64,000 nucleotides of DNA from Nemertoderma westbladi. Its lineage: Eukaryota; Animalia; Xenacoelomorpha. Location: positions 6,657 to 70,656 of the forward strand of contig JAUCBJ010003170.1 of NCBI GenBank assembly GCA_032718475.1, in the 5' to 3' direction. The position numbers were made by a program, and so were the translations under genes. The notes beneath the pieces were generated by a model, which made no database searches, had not been told where the DNA came from, and saw only the letters and a program-made list of their open reading frames with translations. This document shows positions 50,001 to 64,000 of the stretch, one piece after another. Every line of letters begins with the position of its first letter. Positions within the stretch are counted from its first letter, which is position 1.

Positions 50001-53000
50001 AAGGTTAGTGAAACAGCCACAACCAGAACCCCCAAGGTTAGTGAAACAGCCGCCACCAGAACCCCCAAGGTTAGTGAAACAGCCGCCACCAGAACCCCCA
50101 AGGTTAGTGAAACAGCCGCCACCAGAACCCCCAAGGTTAGTGAAACAGCCACAACCAGAACCCCCAAGGTTAGTGAAACAGCCGCCCCCAGAACCCCCGA
50201 GGTTAATGAAACAGCCGCCACCAGAACCCCCAAGGTTAGTGAAACAGCCACAACCAGAACCCCCAAGGTTAGTGAAACAGCCGCCACCAGAACCCCCAAG
50301 GTTAGTGAAACAGCCGCCACCAGAACCCCCGAGGTTAATGAAACAGCCGCCACCAGAACCCCCAAGGTTAGTGAAACAGCCGCCACCAGAACCCCCAAGG
50401 TTAGTGAAACAGCCGCCACCAGAACCCCCAAGGTTAATGAAACAGCCACAACCAGAACCCCCAAGGTTAGTGAAACAGCCGCCACCAGAACCCCCAAGGT
50501 TAGTGAAACAGCCGCCACCAGAACCCCCGAGGTTAATGAAACAGCCGCCACCAGAACCCCCAAGGTTAGTGAAACAGCCGCCGCCAGAACCCCCAAGGTT
50601 AGTGAAACAGCCGCCACCAGAACCCCCAAGGTTAGTGAAACAGCCACAACCAGAACCCCCAAGGTTAGTGAAACAGCCGCCACCAGAACCCCCGAGGTTA
50701 ATGAAACAGCCGCCACCAGAACCCCCAAGGTTAGTGAAACAGCCGCCACCAGAACCCCCAAGGTTAGTGAAACAGCCACAACCAGAACCCCCAAGGTTAG
50801 TGAAACAGCCGCCACCAGAACCCCCAAGGTTAGTGAAACAGCCGCCACCAGAACCCCCAAGGTTAATGAAACAGCCACAACCAGAACCCCTGAGGTTAGA
50901 AAACTATAGCCACCACTATACCCTCGAAAGATTCGCAGGTCAATAAATAAACATATTATTATATTTGGTTTGATTATCTTATTTTACATTTTTGTTTCCT
51001 TGAATCTCCGAGAATACAATCTCGGCCCGAGACTCAATATCTCACCACTATATTAACATTACTACTTGTTTTCCTCTCTAAAGGTTGGCAGCGTCTAAAA
51101 GGTCTTCCCGTTTTGAACTACCTATGGATATCACAGATTTGGAGAAATTCACAGCGATGGATTATCTCAGTAGATATTGCTGGATAGACAGAAGAAGAAG
51201 GGAACTATACAACACCACGTATAAACAACAATGTCGGAAATCAAAAGATGGCCAAGTGAAACTCAAAGATATAACCAACGCAATGAAAAATTTGTACTGC
51301 TTTCTAAGAGATGAACAAATCTCTCGCATATTATATCTTACAGGGGTGAGTTGAATCAAATCATTTTGTAAATTCTTATTTAAATTAGATTAAATTGGTA
51401 AATATTTTATACCAACACCGCTCCCAATAGTTGGTGATTGCTGGAGCAACTTGTACTATTAAATTAAATTATGTGGAAAGTCTTCGTTAACTTTAGTATA
51501 AATATATAAATTATAATGTGCGACAGACATTGAACAATTAATTTACCAACAGTTATCTGTATTCCTTGCTACTGACTCTTTCCAATTCTTTTTCCTGTAT
51601 TCTATTCTGACAATTTTCGTATAATTTTTATGAATAAATAAACCGCAAAATTAATTATTTTTTACTTTGAGAAAGAGTATAACCCTTTTCACTATTCTTT
51701 AAAGACCCGAAGAAAGATTCTGATTTGGTGTACACCTTGTAGACACTAAAGTCGTAATAACTTTTGAGCGAGTGCAGTAAATGGATTTTGCTCAAATTAC
51801 ATGCCGTTTCTATAAATAAAATATTTTCACAGTTTCTTGTTTTCATTATTTAGCTTTTTCTCCGTAAAAAACAGTAAAATCATTTCTATTTTTGAATTTT
51901 AAGCTAGATTGATTGCCTGCTATACGAGGTAATCCTGAATAGGGTTGTTGCGCGAAGAAATTGTTGGGCTAGAAACAATAAGGGGGAACAAGGTGTATCT
52001 CTAATGGCCAAGCAATTTGGTTACCCTTTTTTAAAAATTATTTACGAATCATTGATTCGAACATCGACATAATTACTGCATGGTTTATATCACGTATATA
52101 GTTGTTTGTTACTACAGTAGTCTTGTAATATTAATATTTTATTTATTTGTATGGAATTAATTTCGTACTATCAAATCGCCAGGGTGACATATTTTCCAAC
52201 TTTATATCGCAGTGCGACATTATTTCTCGGTATGTCCCTACACCATACATTTTACTATTTATTTCCATTATATCCAGTATGTCACCGCGCCATTATTAGA
52301 TTGTTCTGGAAAGTTTGAGTGCATAATTACAAATAATTCCACACAACTAAATAATAACTATTTACATCATTGTGTGCAAAGTATCACTTTGCAGCGTTAT
52401 GACCCGAATTTATTTTTGTACCGAGCGAGCGCAGCGAGGGAGATTTACATAAATAAAAAAGGGTCTTTAACGCTGAAAAGTGACCTTGACAAGCAATGAT
52501 GTATGTAATTTTGTTACATTATGTTAACTTATCAGCGTTCGGTTTGTGAATAAAGGATTTTATGGATACTCATTTATACATTTTAATCGAGTACTATATC
52601 GAATTTAAGTGAAATTTAAACAGGTACATAGTATTAATTATACATTTAAATCTAATTAAAGTGTATTGGAACTGCATGGATGTGATAAATCATTAATCCA
52701 TCTTGACTATAGTCGACTGAATCAAACTGAGTCATCGTCTGAGTCAGTTCAGTTTTACTGAACACTGTCGCCATTTTCTTTGGTCATTTTAGTGTATTCT
52801 ATTGGATGTTTCGCCATTATGGATTACAGTACAGGTTAAACAATTATTTACATACAGTAGCTAGTCCCGTCACTGCAAACTGGATTATAAAGCAGCACTC
52901 ATTAACATAATCATTAACATAAATGGAAATAATACATTCTGGAATACGGTAATTTAAGTTGTTTCCATATCATTGATTACTTTGCAGCGTTCCATGCTAT

Positions 53001-56000
53001 AGGCCGCAACGCCGCTAAGTAGTACTTTGCAGCGTTAGGAGGAATTCACCAGAATGCTGTTAAGTTGACATAATGTAACAAAATTGATTCGCCATTGTCC
53101 ATAATTGGCACATTAAAGCTTTTACGGCCCTCGTTCTATTATGTCCATCCCTCTGTCGCTCGGGAAACAAAATCACTCGTGCCGTAACGCTGTAAAGTGC
53201 TAATTTATGAATAAACAATGACGTATATAGTTAGTATGTAATCTATTACAAATTTATTATATTATATTATATATAATATTATAAATTATTCTTTCGATTG
53301 ATTTCTTTTTCGTGTAGATAATACAAAACCTATCATATTATAAAACAAACGTTTATCATTTTTCGTGTAGATAATACAAAACCTATCATATTATAAAACA
53401 AACGTTTATCAATCAACTTTAATTTAATTTTGTGATAAAAAATGTGTAACAACAATTTTCATACACGAAGTTGTTACTACTACATTAGTCTTGTAATAGT
53501 AAATCTACTGTAATATTTCTTAATTCAGTATAATATTACAAATGTACTTTGTTATTTTTCTTTCATGTTATGTCTCCCCATCCTCATATGATGTTGTTCA
53601 AAGGTTTATGATAACCAGAAGTTCACCTGTAAATAAAGAAATAATAAAATAGAGAGAAATACCTTCAATTATAAAGTTGTGACGAAGTGCAGTGTATCTA
53701 AGTGTCCGGCACCCATGTACAGTACCAGGAGTCATTTAACCATCATACAGTAGATGAACTGAGATATCCTTACATCTCCCTTTCACCAATCATCTCCCAA
53801 TAAAAATTTATTTGTAAATTACTTCCGAGTCGAAATAAGATAAATTCGCTACTCAGTTCACAACCTCAAATAATGTCAAAAAATACATTCTTCTTACAAA
53901 TGGTGGGATGGACATGGACATGGTAATAGCTTCATCGTGGGAGGTATTTACTTTTCTAATAAATCTTCTATTCCCCTACAATCTTGCTCCATCTGAGAAG
54001 CTGACCCTATAGCGCCGTTGTTTAGCGAATACGTAAGGCATTCAAAACTTTAACCTTTCGAGACCATTGTTTAGATATAGTGTCTTGTATTCTTATATTA
54101 TCACCCATTTTTAAATCAGGAAGTTCACATGTATGGTTTTATTGTAATCTTTCTGTCTTAGCGCATATTTTTCCAGATTCTCGCGAGCTTTACTTGGGAA
54201 GTTTGTTTGTGGATGAATTGGGATTAAAGTTCGAAGACGATGTCCAAAGATCATTTCTGCTGGGCTTATTCCGCTGTTATTTTGAGAATTTCGCAGTTCC
54301 ATGAGAGCCGTTTGGAATTGGATTCAGTCCACTTTATCATCATTCATCTTATCCAACAGGCCTTTTCACCATTGACTCGGCATGTCCATTACTGCGGGGA
54401 TTGTAAGGAGATGATCGACGCCATTCTACACCAAATTTTTCCAGAAATTGTTCAAATTCGATAGATGAGTATTGGTAGCCTCCTTCGGATCACCAGGTTT
54501 TTGGAATACCAGTAATGGCGAACCATTCCATTAACTGTTTTTTAAATTTTAAAATAATTTGGATCCGCATCCCAACCAACAACAAACGGGTAACCTGTCA
54601 GCCGACAAGCATACACAATAAACTTCTTTCCATTCTGATCAAAGAGATCGGTCGTTGCAACTTCAAACGGATCTTGGGGTAATTTATCCTGGATAATACA
54701 GTAGGCTCTTTTCGTAATGAGGGGGAGACTTTCAGCACACACATTGCATGATCGCACACGCTGTCGTATGTAATTCGTTATTGATGCCCAAAATATACTC
54801 TCACGAGCTCTTGCTATAGTCTTTGATTCACCCAGGTGCGCTGCATGTAATTGATCAAGAACTTTCTTGTGTAGAGTCCGAGGTATTACAATACGCTTAC
54901 CATATAATGCAATATCATCATCAAGAATTAATTCATTTTGTATTCCAATGAATGAACGAACAAATAGATTCGCCTCGTTGCCTCTAAATTCATCATATTT
55001 TTTTCAATATTATCTCGATATATTCTATATATACTACTACAACCCAGTTACTACACTGCCACATAATATATACTACTACAACACAGTTACTACAATACTA
55101 CCACATAATATATACTACTACAACACAGTTAATACACTACCACATAATATATACTACTACAACACAGTTACTACACTACCACATAATATATACTACTACA
55201 ACACAGTTACAACAATACTACCACATAATATATACTACTACAACACAGTTACTACAATACTACCACATAATATATACTACTACAACCCAGTTACTACAAT
55301 TATACCCCATGATATATACTACTACAACACAGTTACTACAATACTACCACATAATATATACTACTACAACACAGTTAATACTCTACCACATAATATATAC
55401 TACTACAACACAGTTACTACACTACCACATAATATATACTACTACAACACAGTTACTACACTATCACATAATATATACTACTACAACACAGTTACTACAC
55501 TACCACATAATATACACTACTACAACCCAGTTACTACAATTCTACCCCATAATATATACTACTACAACACAGTTACTACACTACCACATAATATACACTA
55601 CTACAACACAGTTACTACACTACCACATAATATACACTACTACAACACAGTTACTACACTACCACATAATATATACACTACTACAACCCAGTTACTACAA
55701 ATCTACCACATAATATACACTACTACAACACAGTTACTACACTACCACATAATATATACTACTACAACACAGTTACTACACTACCACATAATATATACTA
55801 CTACAACACAGTTACTACACTACCACATAATATATACTACTACAACACAGTTACTACACTACCACATAATATATACTACTACAACCCAGTTACTACAATT
55901 ATACCTCATAATATATACTACTACAACACAGTTACTACAATTCTACCACATAATATATACTACTACAACACAGTTACTACAATTATTCCCCATAATATAT

Positions 56001-59000
56001 ACTACTACAACACTTACTACAATTCTACCCCATAATATATACTACTACAACACTGTATAATAGATATACTACTACAATACTACCACATAATATATACTAC
56101 TACAACACAGTTACACAATCTATCGCATGATATATACTACTACAATACTACCACATAATATATACTACTACAACACAGTTACTACATCTACCACATAATA
56201 TACACTACTACAACACAGTTACTACACTACCACATAATATATACTACTACAACCCAGTTACTACAATTCTACCACATAATATATACTACTACAACACAGT
56301 TACTACAATTATACCCCATAATATATACTACTACAACACTTACTACAATTCTACCCCATAATATATACTACTACAACACTGTATAATAGATATACTACTA
56401 CAATACTACCACATAATATATACTACTACAACACAGTTACAACAATACTATCGCATGATATATACTACTACAATACTACCACATAATATATACTACTACA
56501 ACACAGTTACTACAAATCTACCACATAATATACACTACTACAACACAGTTACTACACTACCACATAATATATACTACTACAACCCAGTTACTACAATTAT
56601 ACCCCATAATATATACTATTACAACACAGTTACTACAATTATACCCCATAATATATACTACTACAACACTTACTACAATTCTACCCCATAATATATACTA
56701 CTACAACACTGTATAATAGATATACTACTACAATACTACCACATAATATATACTACAACAACACAGTTACAACAATACTATCGCATGATATATACTACTA
56801 CAATACTACCACATAATATACACTACTACAACACAGTTACTATACTACCACATAATATATACTACTACAACACAGTTACTACACTACCACATAATATATA
56901 CTACTACAACACAGTTACTACACTATCACATAATATATACTACTACAACACAGTTACTACACTACCACATAATATATACTACTACAACACAGTTACTACA
57001 CTATCACATAATATATACTACTACAACACAGTTACTACACTACCACATAATATATACTACTACAACACAGTTACTACACTACCACATAATATATACTACT
57101 ACAACCCAGTTACTACAATTCTACCACATAATATATACTACTACAACCCAGTTACTACAATTATACCCTATAATATATACTACTACAACACGGTTACTAC
57201 ACTACCACATAATATATACTACTACAACCCAGTTACTACAATTATACCCCATAATATATACTACTACAACACAGTTACTACACTACCACATAATATATAC
57301 TACTACAACACAGTTACTACAATTATACCCCATAATATATACTACTACAACACTTACTACAATTCTACCCCATAATATATACTACTACAACACTGTATAA
57401 TAGATATACTACTACAATACTACCACATAATATATACTACTACAACACAGTTACAACAATACTATCGCATGATATATACTACTACAATACTACCACATAA
57501 TATATACTACTACAACACAGTTACTACAAATCTACCACATAATATACACTACTACAACACAGTTACTATACTACCACATAATATATACTACTACAACCCA
57601 GTTACTACAATTATACCCCATAATATATACTACTACAACACGGTTACTACATTACCACATAATATATACTACTACACAACACAGTTACTACACTACCACA
57701 TAATATATACTACTACAACACAGTTACTACAATTATACCCCATAATATATACTACTACAACACTGTATAATAGATATACTACTACAATACTACCACATAA
57801 TATATACTACTACAACACAGTTACAACAATACTATCGCATGATATATACTACTACAATACTACCACATAATATATACTACTACAACACAGTTACTACAAA
57901 TCTACCACATAATATACACTACTACAACACAGTTACTATACTACCACATAATATATACTACTACAACACAGTTACTACAAATCTACCACATAATATACAC
58001 TACTACAACACAGTTACTATACTACCACATAATATATACTACTACAACCCAGTTACTACAATTATACCCCATAATATATACTACTACAACACAGTTACTA
58101 CAATTATACCCCATAATATATACTACTACAACACTTACTACAATTCTACCCCATAATATATACTACTACAAGACTGTATAATAGATATACTACTACAATA
58201 CTACCACATAATATATACTACTACAACACTTACTACAATTCTACCCCATAATATATACTACTACAACACTGTATAATAGATATACTACTACAATACTACC
58301 ACATAATATATACTACTACAACACAGTTACAACAATACTATCGCATGATATATACTACTACAATACTACCACATAATATATACTACTACAACACAGTTAC
58401 TACAAATCTACCACATAATATACACTACTACAACACAGTTACTATACTACCACATAATATATACTACTACAACACAGTTACTACACTACCACATAATATA
58501 TACTACTACAACCCAGTTACTACAATTATACCCCATAATATATACTACTACAACACAGTTACTACAATTATACCCCATAATATATACTACTACAACACTT
58601 ACTACAATTCTACCCCATAATATATACTACTACAACACTGTATAATAGATATACTACTACAATACTACCACATAATATATACTACTACAACACTTACTAC
58701 AATTCTACCCCATAATATATACTACTACAACACTGTATAATAGATATACTACTACAATACTACCACATAATATATACTACTACAACACTTACTACAATTC
58801 TACCCCATAATATATACTACTACAACACTGTATAATAGATATACTACTACAATACTACCACATAATATATACTACTACAACACAGTTACAACAATACTAT
58901 CGCATGATATATACTAATACAATACTGTTACACATTCATTCATCCGACATTCTTCCCGAGAAAACCAATTTCTGCTATTGGGTTTTATTTTATTTGGTGC

Positions 59001-60557
59001 TATAACATTTATGTCTCCTTCAACAATAGTACAATTGTGTATATGTTGAATATTAATAAGAATATATTATTATCCGACTACTAATACTACTCTAAGTCTA
59101 ATTATACGATACATTGCGATACATGGATGTCATACTCTAGTAAATAACATCATGAAAAAGATTTATGGTATTGGTTGAATTAGTTCATTTCAATGAATCT
59201 TCTATCTGAACTTTGCGCGAGGGTTTTAGCCTATTAATTATTTATTAAGCCGTTGCGATATTACCAATATGGTTCACGCAGCTGTCTATTACACTATATT
59301 GTATGTGAATGGTTAATTTTTATGGATCCGATTATATTTACCGCAGTTTGACCCGTTCCATCCAAGGCGATCGATCGTGTATTGATATTAAGTGGTTTCT
59401 GCAGACACAAGGGTAAACTACAGTACGTGTCCATGTCACATTATACACATTTCTGTAACTGTAATCTTATTGATTGTTAGATTTTTTTTTATTTTTCATG
59501 TACCACCTAGGGGATCCGTAAGAACTGAAAAGGATTCCGAAAAGGGAAAGGTAATTTAATATTATACTATGCCAACACTCCATGATGGTTACAGAACCCA
59601 TAGTGAATTACTTAGTTTTTTTTTATAACACAACCGAACCGAACCGAACCGAACCGAACCGAACCGAACCGAACCGAACCGAACCGAACCGAACCGAACC
59701 GAACCGAACCGAACCGAACCGAACCGAACCGAACCGAACCGAACCGAACCGAACCGAACCGAACCGAACCGAACCGAACCGAACCGAACCGAACCGAACC
59801 GAACCGAACCGAACCGAACCGAACCGAACCGAACCGAACCGAACCGAACCGAACCGAACCGAACCGAACCGAACCGAACCGAACCGAACCGAACCGAACC
59901 GAACCGAACCGAACCGAACCGAACGAAACTGATGTGAAATGATGTGAACTGAATATAAAACTGATTTTTGATTTTAGATTTTCCTGCTTTTTAGTAATAT
60001 GATGTTTTCATTGTTTTATTTAACACTATGTTTCATTTGAGACTTGGGAGCACCTGAAGACATGTTGATGTAGAACAGCTAAAACAGTTGGTAGTACCTA
60101 AACTACAGACCGGTCCTGGCCCCTCTTATTTCATTATAAAATAAATATAGCTGTATCACCTATTGGGGATCTTATGACGTGATTATCTTAAATTGATTTG
60201 ATGATTTTAGAACCCGGTACTAATTCGTATTCGTTATTTGTTTAGATTTCGGAAGCCTCAACCATAGACGGAGTTAACTTTGGATATCTATGTGCGTTGG
60301 CTGAGAGATTGTTCTGTAACGACTTCACTAAACATAGCTCCACTAAGGGAACTATAGACCGCCCACTTATAGAATCAGCTGACTTCTACCATCTGTCCTG
60401 GCGGCTTCACAATCTCACCATCTGTCCCAATCTCAAAGAAATGCTAGTCGCTATACGTGGATCGGAACCTATTCATCGTGATGTTATTCCACACCACAGA
60501 TCATCTTCTTTATTACCTGACTCTCATCTCGTACAAATATTGTCGTATCACCACTAA
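38089..60557 (+). CDS. Large uncharacterised protein with a C-terminal degenerate EF-hand-like domain; exons 38089-40320, 40540-40669, 41217-41334 (duplicate 44504-44621), 51084-51345, 60246-60557
   Basis: GT-AG introns join in compatible phases (0,1,2,0): ...QDHFWV|SGQGIL...GAA|LSKLEKK...KKPPPEPP|RLAASKRSSRFELPMD...YLTG|ISEASTIDGVNFGYLCALAERLF...IESADF. Start may be ATG 38098 or an unlocated upstream exon. Confidence 0.72.
39942..40082 (+). repeat. 21-bp coding repeat (R-G/S-SGGEY-x, about 6.5 copies)
   Basis: CGCGGCAGTGGTGGCGAATAT-type units within the long exon. Confidence 0.9.
40810..40950 (+). mobile_element. Partial copy of the tRNA-derived SINE
   Basis: TAGTGGTTGCATT...GTTCGATCCCC...CCAGGGTAGTTTTCGTTTC matches the head of the 27625-27900 element. 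Confidence 0.72.
41311..50900 (+). repeat. 33-bp satellite GAAACAGCCGCCACCAGAACCCCCAAGGTTAGT, roughly 280 units in two blocks separated by 44319-44597
   Basis: Directly visible; variant units form higher-order repeats (for example 759 bp). Confidence 0.97.
53592..55010 (-). mobile_element. Decayed Ty3/Gypsy LTR retrotransposon: integrase fragment, polypurine tract and probable 3' LTR (~53592-53774)
   Basis: RIVIPRTLHKKVLDQLHAAHLGESKT, PFEVATTDLF, NGHAE, ISPAEMIFGHRLRTLIP with frameshifts; minus strand GAAAGGGAGA immediately followed by TGTAAGG at 53774. The LTR's far end is a guess. Confidence 0.85.
55026..58930. repeat. 39/42-bp AT-rich satellite CCACATAATATATACTACTACAACACAGTTACTACACTA
   Basis: About 3.9 kb of visible tandem units with recurring variant blocks. 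Confidence 0.97.
59632..59927. repeat. (GAACC)n pentamer microsatellite
   Basis: About 300 bp of perfect repeat. Confidence 0.97.
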
Positions 60558-63500
60558 TTATTATTACATAAATTTTTAAAAAATATCCCCAGTTAATGTT
60601 CAACAAAAAAGTATTAAATAAATTATTAACTATAAACCCAGCTAGGCCGCTTTCCACTAAATTTTATCCCATATTATAGTTTATCTCGCCAAGTCTCAAG
60701 TGTGTTTACGTGGGAGGTATTTATTTAAATTATAATTTTTTCAGGATTAAGTCGGGCGAGACGACAATTTAAGAAAATATAGAAACACATATTGCAAATA
60801 AAAATGTGAGCACTGCACAATAAATTAATCTAATCGTATGATCTAACATATACATAGTAGGCCTACACAACACAGGTGGTAATCGGTTATTCTCAGTCTT
60901 TTTTTTGTTTAGTGATTCTGATTTTAATTGAAAGTAATTCTCGACAAAATTTGGGACTGACATGTCTTTAATGGTAGGTACTAGGTATGTAGGTAGTTTA
61001 ATGGTATAATTTATAAAAGACGTGGTAATGGAAAGGTTTTGGGAGCCTTCACGTACCCACATAAGATAAACCCCTGTATGAACTTTTAGTATGGTCATAT
61101 AGCTATGTAACGCAAAACGGAATCCAAGTTGTAGTGTGGACTTTGGGCAACTGAGAGACCGCATGTAGCTGCTGTCCAGTCACTGGTGGAACGCCTCTGT
61201 AGAAATAGGGAGACACTGCGATAAACAGTGGAGAATTGATTATGATCCTAGGTGGACCACGCCGCGTAGAGTTTTCCTGTAGCAGGCGTCCAATTTTCCG
61301 AGGTCTGTGTAATTAACAGCAATTAATATTCAATAAACAGGTTGTGGTGCTCGGTGGTCGCAAGTAAAAAAACAGTAAGTTTTAGTTTATAAAACCAATG
61401 AACTAATAGTTCAGTTATCTCGGCGAATTAATATCTCGTCTCAATATTGAATTTTCAATTAAGGGAATGTATGTGGCACGTTATTCTAACCAAATCGATT
61501 AACTAAAAGTAGTGTATTAAACAGGTTGCAGACACCCCCCCCCCCCCCCCCCCCCCTATATCTGTAACTTTTTAATTAACAATAATATGAGACTTTTGAA
61601 ACTTCATTTTATGTTTTTGGTAGCCATTACAATATATAATAATATTTCCGAATAACTTCAATTTATATCTTTGGTAGTTATTGTTAGACATATTATATTT
61701 ATTGTTTCGTCTCCTAAATTTTTATTTTCACTTTAGTTATCCATTTTTTAATCGTATCCCTCTCGGATTTCAATTATTATTTTGGTTATGAAAGTCTAAT
61801 TAAAACCTTAATATTTTACTGACCTTGGCGTCTATATAAATATTGTTTTTATCCCTTAATCTCTATGAATCTTCTTTATAGTCTTTCGTGTAACAACAAC
61901 CGTAAACTTGGAATTCAATTTACAGAATTTCCATACCGTGAATGAAGAAATAAGCCTTTATCTTATAAATGCGCCTGTCAGGTGTGGTAATCGCACGTTC
62001 TAAACGATGCCCTCCATTGAATGTAAATAGGCAACTATAGAGGAAATGGAAACAGAGGGCAGCGATTATTTAGTTATCGTTAAATTGTCAAGGGATCTGA
62101 TGTCACATGGGATCGGGTCTGAACTGTAAGGAAAACTAGGTCAGGTTGCGGTGTGTAGGAAGTCAGGCCGCGGGAACTACTAAGTTCCCGTCTAATTCAA
62201 TAAACATAGCAAGGGTAACAGCTTAACTACCCAACACTATTGAATTTTGTTATTTTTCACTTAAAGTTCAGGGTACCGGTATCTCATTATTTTTGTTTTT
62301 TAATCATTAGGTTGCTTACTTTGTCCGGCGTGAAGACCCCGCCCCACCAACGTGTTTGTTAGTGGCTAACCAATCAACATAGACTATATGATATGCCAAT
62401 CATCATTACAATTTGTATAGTGAAATTTTGTATATTGTTTTGTTGACCCTTGTTGACACCTTATAACGACAAATCCAGAATGTTCGCGTCATTCTTGGAG
62501 TGAGCTTCACACTCAGCGGTACCGTTGCGTTAACTCGTCTCCTATCTTTCACAGTTAATTTTAAACAATCTAGACAGTTTATTATATTATATATCAGCGG
62601 TACACCGTGTGAAGAACATATTAAACTAGCTGTTTATTTAGCTTTTGGGTCCATCAATAGTGTACTAATCGTATTTGTGGAATCATCTTCACTAACAATT
62701 CTAGATTCCTTTATTGTTTATTTTATTTTTTGAATCTTTCTATTTTCCCGAAACTTTCTTTAATTTTTTTCACTTTGTTGAATATATTCCTACGGTAGTA
62801 CAGACCTAATGCACTGCATGTATACCGGTAGAAACCCTGATATATTGAACTAGTGCCTATTGGAACCCATTTGTACAAATAAAACAATATTTACCTGAAA
62901 AATTTTGTAAAAAACAGTGCCAGAACGTAGTGCTATTACTACATTCTACCACTAATATAGTGGCAGAAAGTCTTTCTACGACTATTTTAATTTGCCGAAA
63001 GTACGTCATTTAGCTCAGTGGCCAGACCACAGGTGCTGTACTATTATTTACCGAGTTCGAGACCCCGTTGCAACAACAAGTTTTCGAAAATTTTAATTAT
63101 TATTATAAAATTTAATCGGATATGATCACAGATATTGATTTTGTAGTAAGAAACGCTTATAACACCGCATGTAATACCTGTGTAAGGTGGCCGCCCAACA
63201 GTATCATGTTTTTGGTCCAAATTAAAAACAATCTAACAAAAAAATGAAAAAACTTATCTATTTAAAATGAAAATCCATATTAAAAAAATTTTATAAAAAC
63301 AAATTAAAAAATTTACTAAACAAATATAAATAAAAAAATAAAATAAAAATAAAATAAAATAAAATAAAACAAAAAAATTAAGAAAAAAGCCTGTGGACCA
63401 ACCCCACGGGGGTGGAGTTGGGGTTGGTGTTGGTGGTTGAACTACTATCCTTCCAATTCCATCAACAATGAAATCACTTGTGACCATATCTGAAAAGTGA

Positions 63501-64000
63501 TTACAGCCAGAAAATGCTTTATTAGGTTTTGATAATAATCAATAGTTTATTTTTAAGTGACGCAATTATCAGTAATACAAAGGGATGTTTTGTATATATC
63601 CCCAACTCCCAAAGAACAACCGGCCACCAATCTAGCTAATAATTGATTATTATTACAACATATGGATGCAACACACGTTACGCAATTCGCGGGTATCTAT
63701 GTGACTCCACCAACCTGCCCTCAGCTTACGGCCCACCCACACAGCGTGGGTTCGCGCCATAACACAACAACCTTCCATTTTCCATTACTGAAAACTTTAT
63801 TTTAAAATGAAATATATTAGCGTAGCAGGCAGGATGTTTTGGTGTAGTCAGTGGCCTCGTGTGGACTTAGTTTGTCCTGGGTAAAAGATTAAAAACTTTA
63901 CCCCCCCCAAAACGCCGCAAATCCCCCCCCCCCACCCCCCCCCCCCCCCCCCGCGCATACGTCCCACTTGGTGGTATAGTCACCAATATTAATTGCGATC

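Noticed and set aside
41281-50946. Long ORFs in several frames (Gly/Cys-rich, Val-rich, Pro-rich)
   Set aside because: Expected by-products of a 33-bp unit with few stops; not called as genes.
54867-58620. ORFs with PHNIYYYNTVTTL repeats
   Set aside because: Translations of the 39/42-bp satellite.
59582-59932. TEPNR-repeat ORF
   Set aside because: Translation of the (GAACC)n microsatellite in an intron.
60050-60092. Second CTGAAGA hammerhead-like motif
   Set aside because: The required GAAA is missing and the stems are weak.

Overview
AT-rich, intron-containing animal (invertebrate-type) genomic DNA, not prokaryotic. Reconstructed by hand from splice sites, reading phases and remembered family motifs: (1) a 5' part of ZBBX on the minus strand running off the left edge; (2) a 5-exon tectonic (TCTN2-like) gene, head-to-head with ZBBX across an RFX X-box promoter and carrying a long extra N-terminal region; (3) two paralogous 3-exon histamine N-methyltransferase (HNMT-like) genes, one nested antisense in a tectonic intron and one nested on the same strand in the 15.6-kb intron of (4) a ferritin with a degenerate ferroxidase centre; (5) a large 5-exon uncharacterised gene (38.1-60.6 kb) ending in a degenerate EF-hand-like domain. 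Its third exon/donor junction has been amplified into a ~9.5-kb 33-bp satellite, and that exon is itself tandemly duplicated. Introns and intergenic DNA hold a decayed LINE, a Gypsy integrase/LTR relic, tRNA-derived SINEs, several DNA-transposon derivatives with clear TIRs/TSDs, a probable Penelope-type hammerhead relic and several satellites. Most striking: apparent non-GT (GG and GA) donors at the same intron in both HNMT copies, and the splice-donor satellite. No database search or RNA data was available, so all gene models are predictions.
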